Shown here: piece after piece, positions 26,448 through 38,648 of the stretch
Layout: the number at the start of each line of letters is the position of its first letter
Position numbering within the stretch: the stretch's first letter is position 1
Assembly: GCA_965644315.1 (NCBI GenBank)
Contig: CBFFRQ010000096.1
Location: 310,001 to 374,000, forward strand
Source of the DNA: Caecitellus pseudoparvulus
Taxonomy: Eukaryota > Protista > Bigyra: Bicosoecida
Length of the DNA: 64,000 nucleotides
Direction of reading: 5' to 3'
Notes under the pieces: model-generated
Told to the model about the DNA's origin: nothing
The model's input: the letters and a program-made list of their open reading frames with translations, nothing else
The model's database searches: none
Translations under genes and position numbers: made by a program

Positions 26448-26487
26448 ACAGCAAGCATGCATTGCAGTGTGAATCAGGCTGAGGCAG

Positions 26488-29239
26488 TCACAGGTCTGAA
26501 CAGAAGTCGTACTTGTACCCGCCGCCGTCCAGCAGGAACGCGCAGCGCAGCTGGACATTCATGCTCTGCCACACAACAATGGTGACTGCAACGAGAGAGG
26601 CAGCAATGAAGAAAGGGAGAAGACCAGGCGGCAGCAATGAAAATGCATACAGCCTGCGCACTGCCATGACTTCCAGCTTGAACGCGAGGGACAGCGCAAG
26701 GGGGGGGCGAGAAGGCGTGTACCTAGACGGCACTGGGCGGATGGGCTGTGTGTTTGGATACTTGGTTTGGACATCAGAAGGCAGCTTGAGCGTGGGCACA
26801 GGAAGGCTGTCGTCGATGGTGGGGCCCGCTTCAGGGTCGTGGAACACGGTCCCTGTCGCTGCGCCGACCAAGTCCACGCCATCGAATGCTGCTTTCGGCG
26901 AGGCCACTTCGTGGAAGACACGCAGAGGCACGTGCTGCCACAGGGATGCTCGCTCCGTCATGATCCCTGCAGCGTGCCATCGAGAAACCCGTGCCGCTGC
27001 AGCATCCACAACGGCATCATCTCCAGCTGCTTTGCAGCAGCCGTACGTGAAGCTGCAAGACCGCCGCACAAATACACAGCAGCACCACAGGCCCGCTGTG
27101 CAGCATGGGGGCCCATCGCACAAGCTGGAGCTCTGTGCTCTGTGCGAGCGATGGTGCCCAGCATCTGACCCCCGGCGGCTTGTGATGGAGAGTGTAGGCA
27201 CGTCGAGGGAGTGCGTGGCTGAGACGGAGTGGGACACATCTGACGACGCGGCGGACTGCACGGCGCTGACTTCGCGCGAGGGAAGAGACAGCGGCACGGA
27301 AAACGCAGAATCTGACACTCTGCGCTGGCTACGTTGCGAGGGGGGCGCCTGGGGAGCACCCGCTGCTGCTCCCGCACGGGGGGGCCTGCCAACTTGGTCG
27401 TGTGCGGAAGCGGGCAAGGGGCTGGGCCGCCCTGGGTCAAGCCTGACAATGGTCTGGTCTTGATCGCGAGCAAGGTGCTTCACTGGCAGGTTCACAGTCA
27501 CCCGCCCGCTGTCTGTCTGGTGCACGGCGGCCCGCTTCAGCCGCGGCAGAGGGCGGTGCGCGGTGACGAGCTCAGCTGCTTCCACTGGCAGGGGCCGGAC
27601 GCTGCACACCGCACGCATGCAGCCCACACCAACAGCCGCCCCGATATCGGTTGTGAGCTCAATGAGCAGCTGCACGACGACCCGCACAACAATGGCGCCC
27701 GTGCTGAGCGGCTGCGCTCCAGGGGAGGGTGGCACGGCGAAGAGCAGGGTGAGCGGCAGGGATGCCAGGATGCCGACATCTTCACACATGCTGTCAACTT
27801 CCATGAACGCGTGGTGGAAGTGGGTCCAACGCCGGTCATGCCACGCCTGGGTCACGGGGTCGTCTTCCTCCTTGCTCGTGCAGCAGAGGCGCCGGCGCAA
27901 AGCCAGCGCAGTCTTGTCGCGCCAGGGCAGCGTGAACCGCATGGTCATTTCCACCAGCGCAATCGTAATGGAGACGCCCACGGTCTCTGCAAAGCTCTCC
28001 AGGTTTGTTGACAGGAACCGCCCCAACATGGAGGCCACCAGCATGGTGGGCAGCATGAACACCAAGCTGTACTGCGCTGCGATGCGGTGCCCCAGAGCTG
28101 ACCGCGCCGTCAGGCGAATGACGAGAAGGAACACCTCTACAACAAGTGGGAAGCCAAGGATGCGAATGAGCACCCTTCCAATGGTGGGCGCCTGCACAAA
28201 GGCTTTGGTGAGGGTGGCAGAGCCGACGGAGGCCAGGCCGACGCAGGCGACAAAGGATACCACTGTCAGCAGCAGCTTGTGGCGAACGCCAGGGCCGGCC
28301 TCCTTGCTGAGTTGCCGCGTGAAAGGGTAGCCGAAACAAGTCACGAGCAAGGCTGCGCCCAGCGGGTAAATGGCCATGCTCAAGATCAAGCTCGGCGAGC
28401 TGTCAGCTGCTCTGTTGACTTGCACAGCCACCATGGCGAAGAGAAGGGTGAAGACGAGCGGGAGCACGGCAACAAAGGCGGTGATCCTGAAGCGAAAGAG
28501 GCTGCCTCTCAGCACAAGTGCCCATGTGCCCAGTGCGACTGTCAAGCTGTTCAACGTAGTGTGGGTGGACAGCACTGCAAGCAGCTCCCAGCTGATCGAA
28601 TTCCGCAAGCCCCCGGGAACGGTCCTCTGCGTCCATGGCGCTGAGGTAGTGGAATTCGCTGTGACTTGGTGAAATCCAGAGGAATCTGCACAGGGACATG
28701 TGCGCAGCATGGGGCCTGTGCTTCCCCGGGCGCCGCTTGATTCGACATGGAAGTGCTCGGCTTGGATTTGGCCCGCACACCACTCTCCGCAGCCAGTCCG
28801 CCCTCGCGGCAGCGATGGGTGCCCAGCACCCCGCTACACACCACGCACCTATGTACTCCCAGTATCTGTTCAGCAAGGCAAAGCACCAGCTGATGCCGGC
28901 ACAGGCCACGAGAGCAGCTGAGAGTGTCCAAGCTTTGACGTGAAGCGCATGCGACCTGGGTGCCGCAGCAGAGATTGGGGTGGTGCGCACAGCTCGCAGA
29001 GGCGTAGCATGTGGATACAGGGCAAAGGAAACCATGCGCCTGAGATTCCCACCGCATGGCTACGCTGCGCACGCTCTGCACCGCCTCACTCACCAGCTAC
29101 GCGTCACCAAGGCTGCTGTGCTGTTCCCGACGAGGAGCAAGTGCCGCTTGGCATGGCTGGAGCCAGCACGGGTTGGCTGAGAGCCCGTCGAAGCCACAGA
29201 AGCTACTGTGTGCGAGCGGCCTTCACCAGCGCTCTGCAT
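26488..29239 (-). CDS. Uncharacterised multi-pass membrane protein
   Basis: 740-aa ORF with about 8-10 hydrophobic segments and a Cys-rich loop. Upstream exons joined through GT-AG introns near 28686-28847 and 29039-29093. Start uncertain. Confidence 0.6.
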
Positions 29240-29832
29240 TGCTGCCTTGGTGAGGCGGCGGGGCACCTTGAGCGGTGAAGCAAAGAGGAGGCGAGGGAAG
29301 GTGGCGTGTGCACAGCAGCGGGTGAGCACTTCTGCTTGCCCAACTGCAGGTCCCCAGGGCCACAGCCCAAGGCGGCACCTGGGGCAAGCACAACCTGACT
29401 GAGAGTGTTCCGCGTGACAGCGAAGTTTAGACTTTGTGCGCTGAGGGGTAATGTCGGTCCGTGAAGATGCGTGGTGCTGTCGCCAGCCATAAGTGAGGTA
29501 CGGCACCGCACCTTCACTGGATCCGCCTCCTCGACACATATAGGACCGGAAATAGAGAAACTTGTCGAGAATGGGCCGTCTCTATGTGTCACTTTGGGTC
29601 GAAAGCCGCGACAATTGCCCTGCGACGCGCACACAGTCGGCCTGGCACCGGCCCAGATGCCGTTGAGCAGGGGCAAGGTGGAGAGTCTACAGACCTAGCA
29701 TGCAGGGAAAACTACTCCAACTCCAAGACACTGCCCGTCGTCAATGCTTTCCGTACACCCCCCCCCCTTGTGCTTGATTTCAACCCCCCTGTTAGGCGCT
29801 GGCCGAGCCAGGGTTTCACGCGAAACGCCAGC

Positions 29833-30236
29833 ATGGCCACCACGCACAAACGCTCCCTTTCATGGAGGACCATCGCTTGGTCATTCTTCCTGCTGCTTGT
29901 AGGAGCTGTATGTTCTCGATACGCACACTTCTTGCCAATAGCGGTCACGGCAGCGGTGGCCCACGCCAACCCCGGCGCTTCGCAGGTGATGTTGCTGGTG
30001 GGGCTGTCTGAGTGGTACTCGAACCACGAGCGGGCCATTGCCATGCTTGTCGTGGGCAGCATCGGTAGGTGCTGTGGGAGGGAATGAGCCGATGCTCAAT
30101 CTGGCAGTAGTTTCACGCGCTCTGTCCTCCGTTCGCAGCTTTCTTGCCTGGTGCATTCGCAACTGTCATCATGGTCGGGGCAGCTCTGCGGTGGAAAGGG
30201 TACAACCTGAACCAGATTCCCCAGTACGACGATTAA
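29833..30236 (+). CDS. TMEM230: TMEM230/TMEM134-family small membrane protein (3 exons)
   Basis: Introns 29908-29985 and 30065-30138 give MATTHKRSLSWRTIAWSFFLLLVGA|VMLLVGLSEW...LVVGSI|AFLPGAFATVIMVGAALRWKGYNLNQIPQYDD*. This matches the family pattern W-x-x-I..FLPG..KGY..IP-x-x-DD. Confidence 0.8.
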
Positions 30237-30295
30237 CCTGGCAGCGGCTGGGTCCATTTTCGGGGTGCATTAGTGTGGCGGGCGCCCTGGGCGGG

Positions 30296-32653
30296 TCACG
30301 CACGGCGGGCTGCCATGATGCGCTCCCTCAGCTCGTTGAAGCGCTGCAGCGGAGAGGAGCCTGCTGCCGCGGACTCAGCCTGCACAGCTGCCAAGCGCGC
30401 GTTGAAGACGCTGGCTGCAGCAGCCTCACTTGACGAGTCGTCTGTGGCCCAGATGTCTGCAGTCGGCACAGGGACACGAGGGGGGGCACAGGAGCCCACC
30501 TCCTGCCTCACCCTTGGCGCCGGGCGCTGGGGGGGTGGGGAAGGCAGAGGCGCCACGCTTGGCACTGCCTCCTCCTCATCCCGCGGCTCATCTGCCTGGG
30601 GCAATGCATGCTGTGTAGGGCGCGGGTGGGCTGTGATCTGGGCCAGGCATGCCCGCAACTCTGCCACCTCCTCTGCCAAGCCAGCCCGCGCTGCACTCTC
30701 CACAGCAAGCTGCGCTCGTGTGGAGGCCAGTTCCCGGCTCATGTGCAGCTCATGGGTGGTGGGCGCAGGACTGCTGGTTGCCTCGGCAGCGACGCTGGCC
30801 TCAGCCTGCAGCAGGGCGCTGTCACTGGTCACCTCTAGGGCCACTGAAGCGCCAGCCTGCGTATCACACAAGTCATCCTCCTCCTCTGCCTCAGTGCCCG
30901 CTTCCTCCCCGTCCGCTGCTGGCACATGGGAGGGAGCCCCCGCCGCTGCGAAGTTGCTTTCGAGGTGGGCAATGGCCTGGGCCAGCTCAGGATCTTCCCG
31001 AGCGATGTGGCTCTTCACATCCAAGTCGGTGGCAGAGCCCCAGTCCAGGCGACTGGGCATGCCGTCGCTGGCGCTGGCGTCTGGCGCCCACGGACCCTCC
31101 AGCTCCGCCACGCTGGAGCCAGACACGTCAACGTCACTGGAGGCATCCATGGCGTCTCCGGGCGTGGCGGGTGCCGCTCGCTTCTTCGAGGCTTCCGAAC
31201 GGACCTTGCGTTTCGTGTGGCGCCGGGCAGAGGAGGGCGGCGGCGACTGCCCCGCCACGAAGGCCAGCTGCTTCGGCAGGGACACGGCTGCAATGACCCC
31301 GCTGGAGGAAGAGCTGTACACAGGCCTCGTCATGACGCCAAAGGACGTGTCCGCATCGGGCGCGGTGGTGGAGCAGGAGTCACGCGAGGCGTCCGAGTCA
31401 GCGGGGCCCACCTCTGGCGTGCCCTCGTCACGCTGCATGCCTGAGTAGTTCGCAGGGGTGGACAGCACGGCTGGTGCAGGGGCTGGGTCTGGGGACAGCA
31501 CCGCTGCCGTGGCCGCGGCGGCCAGTGCAGTAGCCATGCCTTGTGGGTCGGCCTGGGCGGGGCTGCGGCAGGAGCGCGAGGCGGCAGTGGCGGCCTTCCG
31601 CGCCGCTGAGCGAGACACTGCCTTCATGAGGCGGCTCAGAAACTTGTCCTTGGAGGCAGGGGTGGACAGGGCTGCCGCGAAAGGCGACGCGCCAGTCTCC
31701 CCTTGCTGGCCAGGCCCACGGGGAGCGGGTGTGCGTGGCGCCTGTGCAGCTGGCGTGGCATGGCCGACCTGCACGCCGAAAGCGGGCGCCAGAGACTTCG
31801 CCACAGAAACTGCGTTGCCCGAGAAACGAGATCGAGCCACTTCAGGGGCCTTGACAGGGGCGCCTGTGCCAGCTGGGGTGGTGCCCATCTGGTCCACTGG
31901 GGTCAGCGGCGCGCAGGGCTCCCGTGGCGCTTGCTGCACAGCGTCTGACTGCCTGGCGAGGGGGGAAGCACCATCCTGCCACACAGCCGGTGCTGGGCTG
32001 GAGAACTGCAGCGCCCTTGCGACGCCCTGGGGCCCTGCCGTCCCAGGAGTGTCAGGTGCGGCACCTGTGAGTCGGGTTCGTGTCTCAAGTGTCTGCACCA
32101 CACAAGCGCAGGGCATCCCCCGCCTGCAACGAGGCCACTCACTGGAGGGTGGATTCTGTGGCTCGGAATAGATGGCTTGAGATGGTTTCGAGCTCGTCAG
32201 CTGGATGATGGGCGTCCCGTCCGGCGCCAGAGTGGTTCCTGGGTTTGCAAGCGTTTTGCCGTTGAAACGCTGCCGCCTGCCGCAGCTGGGGCGCACGCGC
32301 CACGCACTCAGTGAGGAGCCGTACTTCCTGGACAGTTCGGAAAAGGCCAGAGCATTGTGCCGTGACATCATGGAGAGCTTCCGCTCCAGCTGTGCGTGGG
32401 GCAGAGGTGCGCAGGCGCAGTGCCGTTGTCCGACCAAGGCACACGCTTCGCTGCGCAGACCCACCTGTTCCTGGGGGGAGGCCTTGTACGCCGTCAAATC
32501 ATGCACAGTGTCGTCCCATTCAGGTCGAGGTCTGGGCTTGCTGCGCGCGGACCTGCGTGCATGCTTGCGCTTGTGAATGGTCTGGGCTGGCGTTGCCTTG
32601 GCCCGTTGCGAGTATGGGCTTCGATACCGCCGCCCGTACTCTGGCTCAGCCAT
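30296..32653 (-). CDS. SPICE1: SPICE1-like (spindle and centriole-associated) protein
   Basis: After removing intron 32390-32464: RPEWDDTVHDLTAYKASPQEQ|LERKLSMMSRHNALAFSEL, matching the SPICE1 N-terminal motif EWD-x-TV-x-DL...S-x-N. The rest is low complexity plus a coiled coil. Confidence 0.65.
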   Translation of the reverse strand: MAEPEYGRRYRSPYSQRAKATPAQTIHKRKHARRSARSKPRPRPEWDDTVHDLTAYKASPQEQVGLRSEACALVGQRHCACAPLPHAQLERKLSMMSRHNALAFSELSRKYGSSLSAWRVRPSCGRRQRFNGKTLANPGTTLAPDGTPIIQLTSSKPSQAIYSEPQNPPSSEWPRCRRGMPCACVVQTLETRTRLTGAAPDTPGTAGPQGVARALQFSSPAPAVWQDGASPLARQSDAVQQAPREPCAPLTPVDQMGTTPAGTGAPVKAPEVARSRFSGNAVSVAKSLAPAFGVQVGHATPAAQAPRTPAPRGPGQQGETGASPFAAALSTPASKDKFLSRLMKAVSRSAARKAATAASRSCRSPAQADPQGMATALAAAATAAVLSPDPAPAPAVLSTPANYSGMQRDEGTPEVGPADSDASRDSCSTTAPDADTSFGVMTRPVYSSSSSGVIAAVSLPKQLAFVAGQSPPPSSARRHTKRKVRSEASKKRAAPATPGDAMDASSDVDVSGSSVAELEGPWAPDASASDGMPSRLDWGSATDLDVKSHIAREDPELAQAIAHLESNFAAAGAPSHVPAADGEEAGTEAEEEDDLCDTQAGASVALEVTSDSALLQAEASVAAEATSSPAPTTHELHMSRELASTRAQLAVESAARAGLAEEVAELRACLAQITAHPRPTQHALPQADEPRDEEEAVPSVAPLPSPPPQRPAPRVRQEVGSCAPPRVPVPTADIWATDDSSSEAAAASVFNARLAAVQAESAAAGSSPLQRFNELRERIMAARRA

Positions 32654-32784
32654 GACTACAGGAGAGGCCAGCGGCAGACAAGGCGGGGATATAGCACCGT
32701 TAGTCAATGCTTGGACCCTGTGCATGTCGACGCGGTCCGAGGTTTTGTATTTGCAAGTCTGTCCTGAGTGCAAGGATGCCCCGC

Positions 32785-35700
32785 CTAGCCTTTGCGGGAG
32801 GCCCGCTTCGCAGCCTTGCCCTTGCGCACAGCCGTGCTCACCTTTGCCATGCGGGCCGAAGCAGCAGCTTCTGCCGCCTTGATCGCGCGTGTGTTCTTGA
32901 GCAGCGCCGCGGCGCTGCCACTCATGGCCCCCGTGCCTGTGCCAGCATATGCTGGTTGCCCGCCGTGTCCATGCTTTAGCTGGCCAACCTGGGCACCGGT
33001 GGCAGCACTGCCACCGGCACCAGCTAGACGCATCCCTCTCGCACGCTGCAGCGCTGCCTCTGACGCCGTCTTGCCAAATCCAGAGCGGTCCGCTGCGACC
33101 CCAAAACGCACGCCTACCACGCTGGTGGCGGCATTGCCCAGCTGCACCTTGCTGCGGCCAGGCAGGCCCCAGCGCTGGCGCCCTCGCTCTTGCAGACGGC
33201 GTGCCACGGCGGCTTGGTGGCCAGCAGGCAGCTTGGCGGCTGCTGTTACGACGTCAGGCCCCACGGCCACAGCGGCAGGCAAGGACCGTGTGACGTGGGT
33301 TCCGCGCTGCTCCACTGTCACAGGTCCAGCAGACAGACAGCTGACGCCTTGGCGGAGGCGCAGACAGGGCTGGTCCGTCAGCGCAACAGGTTGTGCAGCA
33401 GCGCGGCGTTCTTGGGGGGGAGCGTGGGGTTGAGCAGGCAGGGCCGCGCCACCGCCCAGGATCTCACCCAGGATGCGAGGCCGAGGGGCGGAGGCACGGC
33501 CCTCCCCGAGCAGCAGCACACGAACTGTGTCAGTTGCACGCCAGGTGAGTACAGCTTGCCCCGCAGCCACGATGCTCAGGGTATCGTCCCCTACGTCCAA
33601 AGTGTATGTGGGCGGGAGGGACCGACGCAGGTGCCCGGCGTCGTGCAGCTCGTGAAGCTGCGCCAGCACAGGGCTGTCCGAGGGGAGGAACGCCGACAAA
33701 CGGTCGACAGCTGTGGCTGACCCCGTCTCGGCGGCTGGAATCAGGTCTGGCGGGGCGGCCACACCCTCGTCCGATGCAAGGTGGCAGCGCACTTTCACGT
33801 CATAGCGAGGCACCCACACGGTCAAGCCCGTCTCATGCACACTGTGCACAACACCAGTGTGCACTTCTGCCCGTCCAGACAGGTGCAACTGTGCAAACAG
33901 GTGCTGGCATTCACGGGACACCTGCCTTGCAGCACGTGTGCGGTCATTCAAGTGCTGCACAGTCGCAGCGAGGTTGGTCGCTGAAAAGAGCGCGCGCCCC
34001 GCCCCAAGCTGGGTATTTGCTGGGGCTGTGCTTGTGCACTGGATGTCAGTGGGCGCCGGGTCCTGAATGGTCACGTCCACTTCGCCAGGAGGCGGGCCCA
34101 TGTCCAGCAAGTCTCCCAAAAGGTCGTCCCCAGGCAGGTGCTCCTGAGGGACTGCAGGCGTCACCTCTGACTCAGCACTCGGCGTTGTCTGCAGCAAGGG
34201 CTGGGCTTGGGCAACGTGAGGGATGGGAAGACCCAGTGCCTCACGCAGCAGGCGGTGCACCATCAGGTCCGCGTACCGGCGGATGGGGGAGGTGAAGTGC
34301 GTGTACAGGTTCAAGCCGATGCCGTAGTGCGCCAAGGGCCAGGTCATCACGCGCGCAACTGCCGAGGGCGACGTCCCGGTTGCGTTCAGGTCTGTGTGCG
34401 CAGTGTACGTTCGGGCCAGGTCCCCACCCTGCAGCCCTGCCTCCTGCACCTCGGCTGGCGCGGCCAAGCGCCCCGCGACGGCATACTTCGCCTCCGTCAT
34501 GGCCTGCGTAGCAGTGCTCACCAGAAGTGCGTATGCCTCGGCGGTCAGCGCAGCACCTTGCAGCGCCTGCAAAGCGTGCGCCAGAGCAGCGTTGCTGTGG
34601 GACGCATCCTGCAGGGTGGGAAGTTTACCCGCACGCGCCAGCGCCAGCAGACGGCCGAAGCTGTCCCCCTGCGCTGGGGTGTGATGACGCACCAGGGCGA
34701 GTTCTGGCACGTGGCGGCACATGAGTGCCGCCGCCTGGGCATTGCCCAGGACCATGAGCTCGGCAATGGTGCCGTGCATCTCGACATGGTCAGGCCTCAC
34801 GACACCCACTGGTTTCCCAGTCTCGGGGTCCAGCTTGAACCGCAGTTCTGCCCCCTCGTTGGCCTCTGCCGTGAGTGCGACACTTCCACACTCCTCACGC
34901 CTCGCCTGGGTCCACCGCGCGAAGCGCAGCAGCATGCGCACCCGCCACCGGAGACCCTCCACCTCATCAACAGGCAGCGGGTCTCCACAGGAGCCACCCT
35001 CTCCTTGCAGGTCATGCCCCATGCCGAGGTCGTGCACTGCGCTGTCTGGGCGTGTCGCAGGCATGCGGCCGTCAGCCAGGGCCTGGGCCTGTTCGTACGT
35101 CATGGCAGCTGTGGACCGGATGACGGACAGGCCCACCCACGTTGCGTCAGGGCACAGGGAGAATGCCCCCGGGGCGCTCGATGCGGCGGGGGGGGGATCG
35201 TACGCGCCAGTGGCGGGGGACACCCAGGCGTCACCGCCCTCCTCGTCGCCACCGTCCACATCCACGACCCACAGCATGCTGAAGGCGTAGCGATCCACGC
35301 CGGGGCGCAGACTGCACAGGCACTCCGACAGGGCGGCCGGCAGCATGTCCATGCGCTTGTGGGGCAGGTACACCGTGGTGCCCCGCCCTGCCGCCTCGGC
35401 GTCCAGGGGACTGCCCATGCGCACGAAGTGCGCTACGTCGGCGATGTGCACTCCGAACTCCACTTTGCCACCGCCCAGGCGGCGCACAGACAGCACGTCG
35501 TCAATGTCCTGGCACCCTGGCGGGTCGATGCTGGTCATGCAGCCTGCGTGGGACGACCTAAGGTCGCGGCGCCCCAGGCTTGTTGCGCTTTGCACCACCT
35601 TGCACTCGCTCTGCCACAGCCTGTGCGCAGGGGTGTCCTGTGCTGGGCGACCCAGCAGTCGCCACACGTGGTCAGCCTGCCATGCGGCTGACCAGGCATA

Positions 35701-37535
35701 CCGCGAAGCACTGGATGCAGGCGGAGAGGGTGTCGGCGGCAGGCAGGCGACGGCACGGTCTCCATGGGGGGAGGCGTGCTGGGCCGTGTCAGTCGCGTGC
35801 AGGACGGCAGTGACTTCCGCATCCACCGACAGGGCGTCGCCCAGAGAGGACATCACGTTGCCATGGGGGTCTTGTTGTTGGCGAGTCCAAGAGGCCACCG
35901 CCACCAGGATGCGCCGACCCACCCATGTGTCCCCCCCCTGCACCATGACCTTGGGCAGCCGGCTGGACAGGGGCACGGCGCCCACCAGGCGGTGGCCTGC
36001 CTGCCCCACCTCCTCCACCGGGAAAGACGCCGGCACACTGCGGCAGCCACGCTGCACGATGCCCACCACCATCCCCAAGCACCCCTCTACAACGGTGCAC
36101 CTCGAAATAGCAGCGTGCAGGTCGTCAGGGCCAATGCTGGCGCTGGCGCCGGTGAGGGCGGCTGCCGGGTCAGCGCCACTGGCGGGGTCGAAGCCGGGGC
36201 ACAGGGCACAGGCCAAGCTGGAGAGGAGGGAAGTGCGTGCGTCCATGCCTGCCGCCTCCTCCCGCGCGCGCCACAGCCACACCTTGTCGCCGTGCAGCGC
36301 CCTGTTCACTGCGAGGGGGGACGGCACCTCCACCGTCTGCCCGGCCCACCTCACCTGGCCACGCTCGCCGTGGCTGCCCCGAGGCGCAGTGAACTCTCCG
36401 TGCACCAGCTTGCCTGCCTGCTCCAGGCTCTCGGCCGCCTGCTTGGAGATGTGTGGCAGCCACAGGGGGCCGGAGGAGGTGCGCCCAGCGCCTGCCTTTG
36501 CATACGCAGCCGCCCGGGCTTCGTCGCACTGCGAGGCACTGCGCATTGCAGCCTGGGCCAGGGGCGCAGGGGCGGAGTACCCCCGCACGAGGCTCTGCAG
36601 GGCCTGTTCCACGCTGGTCAAGGCGCAGGCAGCGCCGTTGTCTGCGAGGCGCTGGAGGGCCGCGCGAAGGCCAGCCGCCCGGGGCTCCCCATCCCCCAGG
36701 CCAGTCACACAGGAAACGGTCGCCCCTGGAAAGGCATGGCAGAGCAAGGTGCAGCATGCCAGCAGTGCAGGCCCATCGGGCGGCAGCACTGCCTGCGGCT
36801 CGGCGCTGTCTGCTGCTATGGTTGGTGCTGAGCCCGCAGTGTCGGCAGTTTCCGGAAGGTCTGAGGGTCCCAGGCTGAGCAAGTCGCCAAGGAGATCGTC
36901 AGGCTCATGCACGGCCTGGACAGGTGCGGGTGCAGCAGGGCTGTGGGTGGGATCGGCCGTGGTGGCTGTGGGAATGCGCTGTCGCAGTGCAGTGGCCAGG
37001 ATGACCGTGTCAGGCATCACGTGCAGCGCGCTGGAAGGCTGGCCTGGGGCGCGCGCCGAGAACTCTGACACCAGCCTGGAAATGGTCCTGGATCGCTTGA
37101 GGATTGACTGCTCGCCGGCAGCCTCCAGGCTGGACGTCGCCACGACAATGAGCACGCTGTGTCGTGGGCAGGAGGCCACGGTCGGCAGAACCAGATCCCA
37201 CACCTCGTTGAACTGCGCAGAGGGCAAGGGACGTGCGGACAAGCGTGGGCGGGTGCCTCCAGCACTACACACAAATACCAAGCTCTCAGCATCCAGGAGC
37301 AAGACTTGGGAAGGCTGCACGCTGTGCACGAGAATAGGCAAGCGACGGCTGCGGATATTGAGCGCCCACCGGCGCAGCAATGCACGAACCCGGTCGGTGT
37401 GAACGCTTGCAGGGTCTGGGTTCCCATTTGCAAGTACCTCTCACGAAGTCGCAGGCTAAGGCGGCCGTCTGCTCTGCTGAAAAAGCGGCGGTCGTGCACT
37501 ACTGCAGCCTTGGCGGCTGCGGTGGAGGCAGCCAT
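32785..37535 (-). CDS. DIS3/Rrp44-family RNB exoribonuclease with degenerate PIN region
   Basis: NRALHGD (CSD1), SIDPPGCQDIDD catalytic motif, GVHIADV, RGTTVYL, IAELMVLGN and YTHFTSPIRRYADLMVHRLL. The N-terminal exon contains RLRERYL. Confidence 0.9.
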
Positions 37536-37631
37536 GGCATGACGAGCGGGCAGAGCCAGGCGGGTGGACTGACGCGCGTCGCTGCCAAGGGGCGTGTGGC
37601 AGGGACTGACGAGGGTGCATTGTAGCGAGCC

Positions 37632-38648
37632 TCACACAATGCCGTGGCCCGACCGGGTCAAGCCCCGCTTCGCGCTCCACCCCACGGCGTTGTAGTCCAG
37701 GCGCCGCAAGTACATGATCTGCGTCCCCAGCACCACGAACATGACGACGGCCTCAATGACAGTGTACACCAGCACCCTGTACCGCGTCGAGCGCTGGGTG
37801 TGCTGGTTCCTGGCGAAGCGCTTGGCAAAGTACTCTTGCTCGCCTTGACAGTCGTCCAGCGTGGCGGTGATGGCGGCCACGCGGGCTGCCATGACGCCCG
37901 TGCCCCCCGCCTCGTCTGCGTCCCACTGGGGGTCCAGCGTGTCCACGCCCCGGCGCCACGCCAGCGTCACGCTGCGGCTCGTCCACGCGTCTGGATTCGT
38001 GAGCGTCACCGTGTACGTGCCTGCCTTGGCGAAGAACTGGAAGGTGCCCTGCCCTTCCCCCCGCTGGGACACGAGCAGTGTGCCTTCGGGGTCCACGATG
38101 TCAAAGTCCAGCGTGAACTCATTGCCGTGCACGACGAAGTAGTCGCCCTTGACAATGGTGCCTTCCTCGGGCCCCGGCACCTCCTCCAACAGGTCGAATC
38201 GCTCGCCAGGCGCCAACTGCACAGTCAGCAGTCTGTGCGGCACCCACGCACTCGCATGGATGGAGTTGCCTGCGTCCACACCACCACTTGCCCCATCGGC
38301 GTACTTTTCGGCGTCGTTTGGCTGGAAGAGGGGGGGCAGGCGCGAGCGGGGGTGGCGCCGGCGCTTCAAGGCCTGGACACCACCACCCCTGGGCGGGCTG
38401 TCGCCTTGCTGCAGTCCTGGCTCCACCTGCTCACCCATGGCATGGGGGGGAAGTTGGAGGGCCGGAGGTGCATGCTCAGTCTCTGGCACCTGGCCTCCTT
38501 CGGGCGCCTCTCCGCCCACGCCCTGGCTGCTGGAGGGTGCGCCATTTGCGTCAGCGTTACCACCTGAAACGGCAGGTGCGCTGTCCGTCTCCCCAGAAGC
38601 ACCCAAGGCGAGGGACGCCAGACAAAGCCCGCAGATTAACCTCCACAT
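37632..38648 (-). CDS. p24/emp24/GOLD-domain cargo receptor
   Basis: Signal peptide MWRLICGLCLASLALGASG, GOLD domain (LDFDIVDPEG..FQFFAKAGTYTVTLTN), coiled coil, then STRYRVLVYTVIEAVVMFVVLGTQIMYLRR transmembrane segment. Confidence 0.88.
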   Translation of the reverse strand: MWRLICGLCLASLALGASGETDSAPAVSGGNADANGAPSSSQGVGGEAPEGGQVPETEHAPPALQLPPHAMGEQVEPGLQQGDSPPRGGGVQALKRRRHPRSRLPPLFQPNDAEKYADGASGGVDAGNSIHASAWVPHRLLTVQLAPGERFDLLEEVPGPEEGTIVKGDYFVVHGNEFTLDFDIVDPEGTLLVSQRGEGQGTFQFFAKAGTYTVTLTNPDAWTSRSVTLAWRRGVDTLDPQWDADEAGGTGVMAARVAAITATLDDCQGEQEYFAKRFARNQHTQRSTRYRVLVYTVIEAVVMFVVLGTQIMYLRRLDYNAVGWSAKRGLTRSGHGIV

